From assembly GCA_040235515.1 (NCBI GenBank), contig JBECKX010000179.1, positions 23,148-87,147 on the forward strand: DNA of 64,000 nucleotides, given 5' to 3'. The notes beneath the pieces were generated by a model that had not been told where the DNA came from, ran no database searches, and saw only the letters and a list, made by a program, of their open reading frames with translations. Below are positions 17,848-27,041 of the stretch, in pieces; the first letter of the stretch is position 1; each line of letters begins with the position of its first letter. The DNA is from Candidatus Zixiibacteriota bacterium (lineage in GTDB: Bacteria; Zixibacteria; MSB-5A5; CAIYYT01). Both the position numbers and the translations under genes were made by a program.

Positions 17848-19188
17848 TTAAGGTTTCCTGATCGCGGCGAGCTGGATATCCATCACATTGGTGCCGGTTG
17901 GGCCGGTGATGATCAAGTCGTTGAGGGGTTTGAAGAAGTTATACGAGTTGTGTTCCGCGAGAAAACGCGCGGCCTCAAGCTTCAGCTTCCTGCCACGAGT
18001 CAAACTCTGACCATCCGCAAACGCTCCGGCGGCATCAGTGGGGCCGTCGCTGCCATCGGTACCAACCGAAGCGATTACCAGCCTCCCAGTTCCGGCGATC
18101 GCGATCGCTGCCGCCAGCACCAGCTCCTGATTTCGCCCGCCGACACCTGAGCCGGCGTGTGTGACGGTAGTTTCACCACCAGAGATGATCATCACGGGCG
18201 GGTCGGTGGCTCGCAGCGATTTCTGGACCGTCATGGCTCGTTGCGCCAGTTCCTCCCCGACGCGGCGAGCTTCGCCGCTGACAGGTTGTTCGCAGAGTTC
18301 AACCCGGTAGCCGAGTTGGGCAGCGCAGCGGGCGGCTGCAGCCACGGCCTGACTATTTGCAGCGATAATCGAGTAACTCGCATTATGGAATAGCGGTTCG
18401 TCGGGAGTGGGTGTCTCGGAAAATTCTCCCCGCGCACCCATTTCGAGATGCGTGACAATAGCGCTCGGAAGTTGCCGGCGAATACCATGCTTTGTGATCA
18501 CTGCGAGAGCGGCTGCGAATGTAGTCGGATCGCCTGCCGTCGGACCGGAACCGATGACGCCGGGATCATCACCGATGACATCTGAGAGCGCGAGCGTGAT
18601 CAGAGTCGCAGGGGCTATCGCCTGCGCGAGTCGACCACCCTTGATGGCTGAGAGATGTTTGCGCACGCAGTTGATCTCCTCGATCGAGGCACCGCACTGC
18701 AGCAGCAGGCGCGTAGTGGCGGCTTTCTCGTCCAGAGTGAGCCCCGGTGCAGGTGCGCTCCAGAGGGCGCTGGCGCCGCCAGAAACCAGGCAGATGGCCA
18801 GGTCAGTTGCGGAGAGTTGCGCCGCCAGTCTCAGGGCCGCGTTGGCTGCTCTCTGGCTGTTCTCGTTGGGGACTGGGTGCCCGGCGAGTATCAGCTCGAC
18901 CCCGGCGACTTCAAAATCGGGCAGTTCTCTGACGGAGAGCAAGCCACTCACGTGATGAGGCTGCAGGATTTGCGCGACTGCGCGTGCCATCCGGGCGGAA
19001 GCTTTGCCGGCGCCGAGAAGCTTAATACGACTGAATGCCGATACCTGGAGCTTGCGATCCTGCAGAACGAGGGTGCCGTCGATCTGTTGCAGGTGCGAAG
19101 CCACTGCCCGTTCCGGGTCTACGGCAGCAATCGCGGCTGAAATGACCTGTCGCAGGTCAGATTTCATCGATTGGGTGAGATTGGGCAC
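17848..19188 (-). CDS. Glycerate 2-kinase (DUF4147 plus MOFRL)
   Basis: GAGKA, SGGASAL, RKHLSAIKGG, SDVIGD, GGETTV, GGRNQE, TDGSDG, TGTNVMD. Confidence 0.93.
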   Translation of the reverse strand: MPNLTQSMKSDLRQVISAAIAAVDPERAVASHLQQIDGTLVLQDRKLQVSAFSRIKLLGAGKASARMARAVAQILQPHHVSGLLSVRELPDFEVAGVELILAGHPVPNENSQRAANAALRLAAQLSATDLAICLVSGGASALWSAPAPGLTLDEKAATTRLLLQCGASIEEINCVRKHLSAIKGGRLAQAIAPATLITLALSDVIGDDPGVIGSGPTAGDPTTFAAALAVITKHGIRRQLPSAIVTHLEMGARGEFSETPTPDEPLFHNASYSIIAANSQAVAAAARCAAQLGYRVELCEQPVSGEARRVGEELAQRAMTVQKSLRATDPPVMIISGGETTVTHAGSGVGGRNQELVLAAAIAIAGTGRLVIASVGTDGSDGPTDAAGAFADGQSLTRGRKLKLEAARFLAEHNSYNFFKPLNDLIITGPTGTNVMDIQLAAIRKP

Positions 19189-19434
19189 GTTGATTCCAGG
19201 GCCGTTAATCCTTCTTCAAAACACTATCTACAAAATTGAGCGTTGAGTCGGTCTTCGCAAAGGTGAAATCGCTGCGGCGGATCAGCGGAGAGGCACGAGA
19301 CTGCCGCTTCGAGAGCCTGCGAAATTTGTCTTAAATAAATGTCACGAGAGGATAGAAATTTTTACGAAAATCGTTTTAATTGGGAAGCTGAACTAACGTT
19401 CGTGGCCAAAACTTACATCTTTAGGAGCAATGCA

Positions 19435-20106
19435 ATGCAACAAGAGCAAGCAGCAATGGAAAAGCCGGTCGGACTCCCCCGTATTGGTTCACCAGCCCCT
19501 CATTTTGAAGCCAAAACCACTCACGGGACGTTAAGACTGGAGGATTTCAAAGGCAGTTGGTTGATACTTTTTTCGCACCCTGCCGATTTCACTCCGGTCT
19601 GCACGACTGAGTTCATGGGGTTTGCCGAGATTTATCCGGAGTTGCAGAAGCTTAACACCCAGCTCATCGGCCTCAGTGTCGACAGCGTTTATTCCCACAT
19701 CGCCTGGGTTCGCAATATCGAGGAGAAGATGGGCGTGAAGATCCAATTCCCGGTCATCGCGGACCTTGATATGAAGGTGGCCAAAGCCTACGGCATGATC
19801 CACGAGGGCGAAAGCAGTACCGAGACGAGCCGTGCGGTGTTTGTCATCGACGACAAGCAGGTTGTGCGCGCGATTATCTACTACCCGCTGAGCACCGGTC
19901 GCAACATGGATGAGATTCTGCGTCTCGTCAAGGCGCTCCAGACTGTGGATGCGAACGGCGTTGCCACGCCGGCGAACTGGCGTCCGGGTAACAAGGTGAT
20001 CGTTCCGCCGGCGCAAACTCAGGAAATGGCTGAGGAACGCACGCAGGACAGCAGTTTGGAATGCACCGATTGGTACTTCTGCAAGAAAACTCTGGCAGGC
20101 GCATAG
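19435..20106 (+). CDS. Peroxiredoxin (Prx6/AhpC-like)
   Basis: HPADFTPVCTTEF, GRNMDEILR, TPANW, C-terminal CTDWYFC; AGGAG RBS before ATG 19435. Confidence 0.93.
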   Translation: MQQEQAAMEKPVGLPRIGSPAPHFEAKTTHGTLRLEDFKGSWLILFSHPADFTPVCTTEFMGFAEIYPELQKLNTQLIGLSVDSVYSHIAWVRNIEEKMGVKIQFPVIADLDMKVAKAYGMIHEGESSTETSRAVFVIDDKQVVRAIIYYPLSTGRNMDEILRLVKALQTVDANGVATPANWRPGNKVIVPPAQTQEMAEERTQDSSLECTDWYFCKKTLAGA

Positions 20107-20122
20107 GCCGGGAGTCTTCCTG

Positions 20123-20344
20123 ATGGGATGTGTGAACTCAGATGGTTCAATTACCAACTCAGCACGACTGATGCTATCCTTGCTGTCGACTCCGATGACC
20201 GCTGAAGAGGCGGCTGCCCAGTCAGGTCAACCGTTGTTCAAGGTGCGGAGCAGTCTGCGCGAGATGGTTGAGACAGGCCTGGTGGAGTTGGAAGGTGAGC
20301 ACTACCGGACATCTGCCCTGGGGAAGGCCAGGGCGGAAGCGTGA
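20123..20344 (+). CDS. Small winged-helix-like protein with N-terminal Cys
   Basis: 73 aa: MGCVNSDG...PLFKVRSSLREMVETGLV...YRTSALG; GGGAG RBS. Confidence 0.65.
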   Translation: MGCVNSDGSITNSARLMLSLLSTPMTAEEAAAQSGQPLFKVRSSLREMVETGLVELEGEHYRTSALGKARAEA

Positions 20345-20507
20345 CCGCACCGACGCCACACCTTCAGGTGGTTGAATCAGAAAGTGGAATCACGAGTACC
20401 CTGCGGCGATCATGCCGCGGGGTATTGTTTTATCGGCTGGAGATGAGCAATGCGGCGAGTGGGGCGGAGGCGCAGGGGAGCGAGTTCCGAGTTGCAAAAG
20501 CAACAGA

Positions 20508-22046
20508 CTACATCGCCTGATAGACTCTCGCCGTACGCCAGTAGAAGTGACCGATTTCTCCGAATTCGTTGGTAAGGGTCTCCTTTTTGATCTCTCCGAG
20601 CTCGGAGAAGCGGCTTACGACGCCCTTTTCATTCAGACGCCCTTCGGTAAAGCTGATCAACATTGCGGTTCGACCCGCCGCGATTCCGGGGGGGGACCAT
20701 TCCTTCCACATCAAGCCGTTGCCTCCAACGAGGTTTTCGCCGGCAAATTCAGGCAGTGAGTCATCGTCCATAGAATCATAGAAACTGGCCTCGCTCACGA
20801 GCCAGTATTTATCCAATCCGATGATGAGGGGTTCGGAGCCTGATTGGTGTTCCAGCTCATGCTCGAGGCGTTCGATTCGATCACCAAAGGCGCTCCAAGC
20901 GATCGGCAGCCTCATGCCGTTCTGCTTGGGAGCACCGGGCATCCCGGCAACCAGATAACTAAATCCGACGAGGAAGAGCAGCACCAGCACGGTCGAATAG
21001 CCGATCCAGCGCCCACGCAATTTTGCGGTCGAAGCTGCGAGTCCGGAAAGGTTCAGGGTGGAGATTCTGTCGGCGAGCAACGGCAGCACAGCCAGCCACA
21101 CCGGGCCGGTCCAATTCAGTTTCGGTTGACCGCGCAGGCTGTGGATAACGAACACCGTTAGCGGCACTGCGGTCAGCAGCAGCATAAAGAGAATTCGGCG
21201 GCTCTGTTCGGCCCGTTCCTGGCGAATCGCTCGGCGACTTACCCAATAAGATCGGACAATCTGAAGGATGTGATAGAGCGCCATAGGAGTGATCAGCACG
21301 AAGATACTGCCGATCAGGATGTGAAGCTGAAAATTCAGCTCCCCGCTCCAGCGGCGAGAGCCTTGAAATGCGAAGGAGGCCCAGTCGTTGTGGTAGTTCC
21401 AGATGAGAACCGGCAGGAAGACGATCATCGCCAGAATCAGGGCGATGTATGGCTGCGGCCGCAACAACCAGCGGCGACTCTCCCGGTCAAGCAGGAGGAA
21501 CGCCAGGACTGCAGGGACGACCAAACCCATCGTGTATTTCGAGAGTAATCCCAACCCGAGCGAGATGCCCGCCAGATACCAGACTGCGGGCCTGGGTCCG
21601 AAAATCGCCCGTTCCAGCAGAAAGAGCGTCGCAGCCCAGAAAAGGTAGAATGGGGCATCGGGGGTCATTAAGAATCCGACTGACATGTAGATCGGGAATA
21701 CGGCCAGCAGAAGCACGACCCATTTGCCTACAGCCTTTCCAAGCATTCGCGCACTGAATCTGAACATGAACCAGGCGAAGGCGAGCCAGCCCAGGAAGGC
21801 GGGCAGCCTGACGGCGAATTCGTTCCTGCCGAGGAGTAGCTCCGAGAGGTAGATCAACCACGCCACCATCGGTGGATGATCGAGGTAACCGATGCTGAGG
21901 TGGTCTGCATAGTTCCAGTAGTAGGCTTCCTCCGGCAACAGGTCGAGGTAGCCGAGAAAGACTAACCTGACAAGCACCGCCAGGCAGATCAATAGCCAGA
22001 CGCTGTCGAAACCGAAGCGGCCTATAAAGTTTTCTTTTTTATCCAT
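20508..22046 (-). CDS. GT39/ArnT-like (PMT_2) membrane glycosyltransferase
   Basis: PEEAYYW, GYLDHPPMVAW, TPDAP, LSKYT motifs; many TM helices. Confidence 0.88.
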   Translation of the reverse strand: MDKKENFIGRFGFDSVWLLICLAVLVRLVFLGYLDLLPEEAYYWNYADHLSIGYLDHPPMVAWLIYLSELLLGRNEFAVRLPAFLGWLAFAWFMFRFSARMLGKAVGKWVVLLLAVFPIYMSVGFLMTPDAPFYLFWAATLFLLERAIFGPRPAVWYLAGISLGLGLLSKYTMGLVVPAVLAFLLLDRESRRWLLRPQPYIALILAMIVFLPVLIWNYHNDWASFAFQGSRRWSGELNFQLHILIGSIFVLITPMALYHILQIVRSYWVSRRAIRQERAEQSRRILFMLLLTAVPLTVFVIHSLRGQPKLNWTGPVWLAVLPLLADRISTLNLSGLAASTAKLRGRWIGYSTVLVLLFLVGFSYLVAGMPGAPKQNGMRLPIAWSAFGDRIERLEHELEHQSGSEPLIIGLDKYWLVSEASFYDSMDDDSLPEFAGENLVGGNGLMWKEWSPPGIAAGRTAMLISFTEGRLNEKGVVSRFSELGEIKKETLTNEFGEIGHFYWRTARVYQAM

Positions 22047-22121
22047 TATAGGTGTAGAATGCGAGTAGACTCGGTCACTGAATAAAGGATTTACTTGAGT
22101 TACTTACCTGTTCACTTAATA

Positions 22122-22208
22122 CGGAGAGGCAGGGATTCGAACCCTGGAACCGTTTGCACGGTTAACGGTTTTCGAGACCGCCGCATTCGACCACTCTGCC
22201 ACCTCTCC
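22122..22208 (-). tRNA. tRNA-Ser(CGA), CCA not encoded
   Basis: GGAGAGG acceptor stem, anticodon loop CT-CGA-AA, long variable arm, GGTTCGAATCC T-arm. Confidence 0.96.
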
Positions 22209-22346
22209 GATATGCTTCTTTCCTGCGCAGACAAGCTCCAATCGGGGTAGAGCTGCTCGCTGCTACAGAATCGGGAATATATACGCTTACCCGCTGCTTG
22301 GCAACCGATTAGAACGCTCAAATGGGGTTGGGAGATGTTGGAAAAG

Positions 22347-22847
22347 TCAGCGCCTGAAGAGCTGCTCGGCCAGCTCCTCGATCTCATCGACTTTCGGTTT
22401 GAGCAGCATCAGGCCGGCGGGGCAGAAGACGGAGAGTAAGACATAGGTTTCCAGGTCGCCGCCGATCAGGTAGAAGATCAGTCCGTAGAGCGCCGGGGCA
22501 GCCGCGACGGCGAAGATCGGGATGTAGGCACTCGAGAGTTGGCGCGCCAGCGCGCCGGGATGTGGGTCGAATCGTCGGCGGAGGGCTGCCGGGGTCATCA
22601 TCCGCTTCTTCAGCACAAAAGCAGCGACCAGATCCATGAGCGCAACGGCGATAAATGCGTAGCCGACGACCTCCAGGTTGGCGCTCACTGGCGTTGCCAG
22701 GAAGTCGAAACTGTTGCGCAGCAACATTGCCAGGAGAAAGAGCAGTACCGGCAAACCAACGCAGATCTGCACACCGAGACGTGCTACCCGCCCGACAACC
22801 CGGTAGGGATCGAGGTGGGTAGGGTTTGAATTGTCACTGTGTTCCAT
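22347..22847 (-). CDS. Hypothetical membrane protein (about 4 TM helices)
   Basis: 166-aa hydrophobic ORF 9 bp downstream of tadA. Confidence 0.7.
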   Translation of the reverse strand: MEHSDNSNPTHLDPYRVVGRVARLGVQICVGLPVLLFLLAMLLRNSFDFLATPVSANLEVVGYAFIAVALMDLVAAFVLKKRMMTPAALRRRFDPHPGALARQLSSAYIPIFAVAAAPALYGLIFYLIGGDLETYVLLSVFCPAGLMLLKPKVDEIEELAEQLFRR

Positions 22848-22856
22848 TCGTCCGGC

Positions 22857-23360
22857 TTACTTCCCTTCTCTCTGTCGTTTTTCCCTGACCGCCTGAAAGA
22901 AACCGCTGATGAGATCAGCGCATTCCAGTTCGCGCACACCGCGGACAACCTCTACCTGATGATTCAGCCTCGGGTCCTGGACGATATTGAACATTGATCC
23001 GCACGCTCCGGTTTTCGGATCAGCCGCGCCATAGACGAGTCGCGCCAGGCGCGCGAGCACAATCGCACCGGCACACATCGAACAGGGTTCAATGGTGACA
23101 TAGAGTGTAGCGTTTTCCAGGTAGCGCGACTGCAGCTTGCTGCAACCGGCAGTGATCGCGATCATCTCGGCGTGCGCGGTTGGGTCGTGTAGCTGCTTGT
23201 TCTGGTTATAGCCCCTGCCGATGATTTGATTATCAAAAACAACGACAGCTCCCACCGGTACTTCGCCATGCGACTCCGCAATGGTGGCATCGCGAAGGGC
23301 CGCCGCCATGAAGGCCTCATCGATCTCCTTCTGCGTCGCGTCAGGATTGAGATTGATCAT
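22857..23360 (-). CDS. tadA: tRNA adenosine(34) deaminase
   Basis: EVPVGAV, DPTAHAE, TIEPCSMCAGA, LNH motifs. Confidence 0.93.
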   Translation of the reverse strand: MINLNPDATQKEIDEAFMAAALRDATIAESHGEVPVGAVVVFDNQIIGRGYNQNKQLHDPTAHAEMIAITAGCSKLQSRYLENATLYVTIEPCSMCAGAIVLARLARLVYGAADPKTGACGSMFNIVQDPRLNHQVEVVRGVRELECADLISGFFQAVREKRQREGK

Positions 23361-23504
23361 ACGACGGAAGGTACGAGGAATGGTGTGCAAACACAACAGC
23401 TATGGGGCAGTCAGTGGAACTAACAGGCGTGCGCGTCAGGCTGCATCATTCCAAATGATGTCTCCTTCGGTATCCTTGAAACACCCCCAGCCAACCGGTG
23501 ACAT

Positions 23505-24299
23505 TCAGATTATGAGTTGGCCTCTCATCGTGATTACGGCATCCCCACCGATGAGACAGCGATCATTCTCCAGCTTGAGATGAAACTCGCCACCGCGCTG
23601 TGATGCCTGCAGAGTGTGAAATTCGGACTTGTTCAGCTTCTTGCTCCAGTAGTCTATCAGTGCACACTGGGCCGACCCGGTCGCGGGATCTTCATTGATA
23701 CGGATTCGCGGTGCGAAGTAGCGCGAGATGAAATCGTGACCGTCGCCGGCGCAGGCGGTAAGGCAGACGCCCCAGTAGTCAAGCTTGCCAAAGTAGGCAA
23801 AATCGGGAGTGGCCCGGCGAAGTGCGTCGGCAGAAGAGACCTCGACTACCAGCTTTCCCTTACCCTGAGTCTCAGCCGCCGCTACGGCATCCAGGCCGGT
23901 AGCCTCACCAAAACCGGCGGGGATTGCTGTTTCGCTCAACCGGAGTACGGGGAAATCCATCAACAGCCGTTGGCCGTCACGCTTGACCTTGAGCGTTCCG
24001 GAGAATTTCGTGTAAAACTCGATTTCAGCATCCGGTCGAACGTGCCCGTCTTCGAACAGCACGTGCGCTGAGGCGAGGGTTGCGTGCCCGCACAATTGGA
24101 CCTCGGCGCCGGGGGTGAACCAGCGGAGGTTGTAGCCATCTCTATCGGGATAGAGAAATGCGGTCTCCGACAAGTTCATTTCGAGCGCGACCTGCTGCAT
24201 CCAGGTATCATCAGCGGCGTTTTTCATGAGACACACCGCGGCGGGATTGCCGCAAAATGGCGTCTTCGTGAATGCATCAACCTGTATAATTTCCTGCAT
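23505..24299 (-). CDS. PhzF family isomerase/epimerase
   Basis: QVDAF, GNPAAV, NLSETAF, LRWFTP, LCGHATLA, EDPATGSA. Confidence 0.93.
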   Translation of the reverse strand: MQEIIQVDAFTKTPFCGNPAAVCLMKNAADDTWMQQVALEMNLSETAFLYPDRDGYNLRWFTPGAEVQLCGHATLASAHVLFEDGHVRPDAEIEFYTKFSGTLKVKRDGQRLLMDFPVLRLSETAIPAGFGEATGLDAVAAAETQGKGKLVVEVSSADALRRATPDFAYFGKLDYWGVCLTACAGDGHDFISRYFAPRIRINEDPATGSAQCALIDYWSKKLNKSEFHTLQASQRGGEFHLKLENDRCLIGGDAVITMRGQLII

Positions 24300-24572
24300 A
24301 ATCGAGAATCCTGTGAGACGTTTCGGATTGGCGCCACCTGCGTGGAACCGGACTACTAGAGAGTGTTACGCAGCCACGCCGCTGAAGGTTGTCGTTAGCG
24401 GGGCTCACGATCTGAGTTTGCACCCGGGAGGTGGCGTTAGAAAACCAGCAGGATGGCGGCTAAGAGCGTAGAATAATCATTAACTCTAACCCATCCCACG
24501 TCTGGAGCATGTGTCGATCGAATCAGGTTTCGTCAACGATCATGCTTCCCGTGTTCAGGAAGGACTTCTTGG

Positions 24573-25304
24573 ATGATTGGAATCAAACCTCGATTGAACT
24601 CGCCATTTAGAACCGGTCTGCTTGCAGCCGTATTCAGTTTCCTGATCGCTGCGACAGCAGTTGCGCAGGTGACACCGGCAGACGGCGAAGGCAAGCCAGG
24701 CTCGGTAGATAGACGGATAGCGCCCTCTGCGGATCAGATTCAGCCGCTGCTGATTGGTGCGACTGTACCCTCGGTGCAGGTGGTAACGGCGGATGGAGAA
24801 GCGGTTGATCTGAAGGAGATAGTATCCGGGCAGCCAACGATCCTGATCTTCTATCGCGGAGGTTGGTGACCATACTGCAACTCGCAGTTGGGTCAACTGC
24901 AAGAGATTGAGCCGCAGCTAATTGAGCTTGGCTACCAGATTGTCGCGGTCAGCGCCGACCGCCCTGCGAAGATACGTGAGACGCTGGCGAAGAGCGAGTT
25001 CCGGTACAAGCTCTACTCGGACAGTGCGGCGAATGCGACATCGGCCTTCGGAATAGCGTTCCGGGTCGAGGAGGACTATGTCGAGCGGGTGAAGGCGTTC
25101 GATATTGATATCGAAGGTGCTGCCGGCAACAAGAATCATATCCTGCCGGTACCAGCCGTCTTCATCCTGGACGATACAGGTTTGATAAAATTCGAGTATG
25201 TAAATCCCAGATACCAGGTTCGCATCCATCCTGAGGTTCTGCTGGCTGCCGCAACGGCTGAAGCCCGGCAGTGGTCAAAGGAGAAGTCGAAGGAGAAGAA
25301 GTAG
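24573..25304 (+). CDS. Exported AhpC/TSA peroxiredoxin-like selenoprotein (Sec at codon 99, UxxC)
   Basis: ORFs 24573-24869 and 24888-25304 are in the same frame. Readthrough gives FYRGGW-U-PYCNSQLGQLQ, matching the family motif FYRGGWCPYC. Downstream LPVPAVFI motif; signal peptide. Confidence 0.88.
24867..24905 (+). promoter_or_regulatory. Bacterial SECIS-like hairpin following the in-frame UGA
   Basis: TGA at 24867; stem CTC-GCAGTTG / CAACTGC-aa-GAG with a G-initiated loop (GGT) 21 nt after the UGA. Confidence 0.75.
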
Positions 25305-25508
25305 GCTACATCAGGTTGATCCGGCGCGGAGAGTCTTTTTCGCGAACGGCACATAGGCAAAGGGGTTGATTGTCGCAACAAAGGGGCGCGTTTATCGTAA
25401 TTTAGAGATATAAGAAGATCATAATATTGGAAAAGCTCCATCTTCTTGCCGATGAGATCGAGACGATTTTGCGGCAGATGTGAAATGGCGGCTTTGGGAG
25501 GTTGCGCT

Positions 25509-26219
25509 TTGAATATCAAGAAGGCTGGAATACTCCTGATCGCATTAGGTTTGTTGGCGCTTGTCGTTGTGCCGGCGATTGCCCACGATGCCGACGGTCG
25601 GGAGCACAGACATTATTCGACAGATCGCCAGGTGGCAATCCAGCGAATGGTTGACCGCCAGGTTGACACGCGAGTGCATCGTGACGGCGGAATCCGCTTC
25701 AACTGTGGCTACGACAGTGAACTTGGGGATATCGGATTGCATTTCGGCATCGGTGACGACGACAACTCACGCGTCTACTTCCGTGGCAATGAAGATCTGG
25801 TGATCAGGAATTACGATAAGGGCCCCCGCCGCATGACAATCACACCGCAATACGAATTGCTCGTCAACGGCGATCCGGTCACTCTTGATGCGGAGCAGAA
25901 GGAGCTTGTGGCGGACTTTTACAATACCGCGCACAAAATCCGTTCGAAGTCGGTAAGAATTGGTATTGAGGGCGCCAGAATCGGTGTGCGAGGCGCCAAG
26001 CTGGGAATTCGTGCCGCCGCCGGGGCGTTCCGGATGTTGCTCACTGATTATACCGAGGAGGAGTTCGAGCGCGACATCGAGCGCGAGGCCGACAAGCTCG
26101 AAGCGCAGGCTGAACCGCTTGAGCAGATGGGTGAGGAGGTCGACCGACTCGCGGAGCGGCTTGAGCGTCTGTATGATAAGATGGTGCGCAAGATACCGGA
26201 GATCAGCGAGAGTATTTAG
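25509..26219 (+). CDS. Exported YggN/DUF2884-like protein
   Basis: GGAGG then TTG start; signal peptide; ITPQYELLVNGDPVTLDAEQKEL; helical C-terminus ending IPEI. Confidence 0.6.
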   Translation: MNIKKAGILLIALGLLALVVVPAIAHDADGREHRHYSTDRQVAIQRMVDRQVDTRVHRDGGIRFNCGYDSELGDIGLHFGIGDDDNSRVYFRGNEDLVIRNYDKGPRRMTITPQYELLVNGDPVTLDAEQKELVADFYNTAHKIRSKSVRIGIEGARIGVRGAKLGIRAAAGAFRMLLTDYTEEEFERDIEREADKLEAQAEPLEQMGEEVDRLAERLERLYDKMVRKIPEISESI

Positions 26220-26259
26220 CTGCCGGAGTGTTTCGGGAGTAGATAGATAAGAATTCACT

Positions 26260-26412
26260 GCCTTATGCGAGGCTGTCACCAAAAATCCCTCGCGAATGGC
26301 GGGCGGGGTGACACCCTGCCGGTTGCTTTGCGACGAAAAAGATTGTTCATGCGGGAGTAAGCATGACAACCCAGAGCAGCCGATGGGCGGGTCGAAAGGC
26401 CCGCCTTTTTTT
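26260..26412 (+). ncRNA. Candidate orphan structured RNA (three stem domains plus terminator)
   Basis: Nested helices with G-U wobbles valid only on the + strand; located between convergent genes. Confidence 0.45.
26385..26412 (+). terminator. Rho-independent terminator
   Basis: GGCGGGTC-GAAA-GGCCCGCC followed by T7. Confidence 0.85.
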
Positions 26413-26442
26413 GTTTGAACTATCGCTTTTCCGTGGAGTTGG

Positions 26443-27030
26443 TCATGACTTACGGGCGATCAACTGGATCACTGCTGCGGTACCGCTGTGGTGGCGGCCC
26501 TCGTTGACTTCACGTTCCAGCTCCTCCGCGTGTTCGATTGCCAGCCCCTTAAAATCGGACATGGCTTCCGTGAGGCTGTAGAGCATGGTGGGGTCCTTGG
26601 GCCCACCGGTGTTATACTTGAGTTGAGCGGTGGTGAAGAACTCGAGCAGAAAGACGCCGTTCGGGGCAAGACCCCGGATAGAGTCGGCAAAGACCCGGCT
26701 GCGGAGATCGCGCGGGAGGTGACAGAAGATGGCGACAATGCCGTCCCAGGCGCCCGGTTCGATTTTGAATTCGGCAAGATTGGCCTCGATCGTTTCAATC
26801 TCGACACCTTTCTCCTCAGCCAGTCTGCGTGCCTTCTTCAGACCGACGCCAGACTGGTCCACCGCAGTCACCTGATAGCCTTTGATTGCGAGAAACACAC
26901 CGTTGCGCCCTTCACCGGCGCCGATTTCTAGCACGCGGCCTTTGGGGATTTTGTTGAAATGTGCGGCCAGGAACTGATTCGGTTCGGTGCCGTAAACATA
27001 CTCAGGATTGGAATAGCGTTCGTCCCACAT
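26443..27030 (-). CDS. Class I SAM-dependent methyltransferase (TehB-like)
   Basis: MWDERY, YGTEPNQFL, VLEIGAGEGRN, TGGP. Confidence 0.9.
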   Translation of the reverse strand: MWDERYSNPEYVYGTEPNQFLAAHFNKIPKGRVLEIGAGEGRNGVFLAIKGYQVTAVDQSGVGLKKARRLAEEKGVEIETIEANLAEFKIEPGAWDGIVAIFCHLPRDLRSRVFADSIRGLAPNGVFLLEFFTTAQLKYNTGGPKDPTMLYSLTEAMSDFKGLAIEHAEELEREVNEGRHHSGTAAVIQLIARKS

Positions 27031-27041
27031 GGTCTAGATGA

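Noticed and set aside
24573..25304. Two separate small genes or a nonsense pseudogene
   Set aside because: The stop is TGA exactly at the redox-motif Cys, the frame is preserved and a SECIS-like hairpin follows. Sec recoding explains this better.
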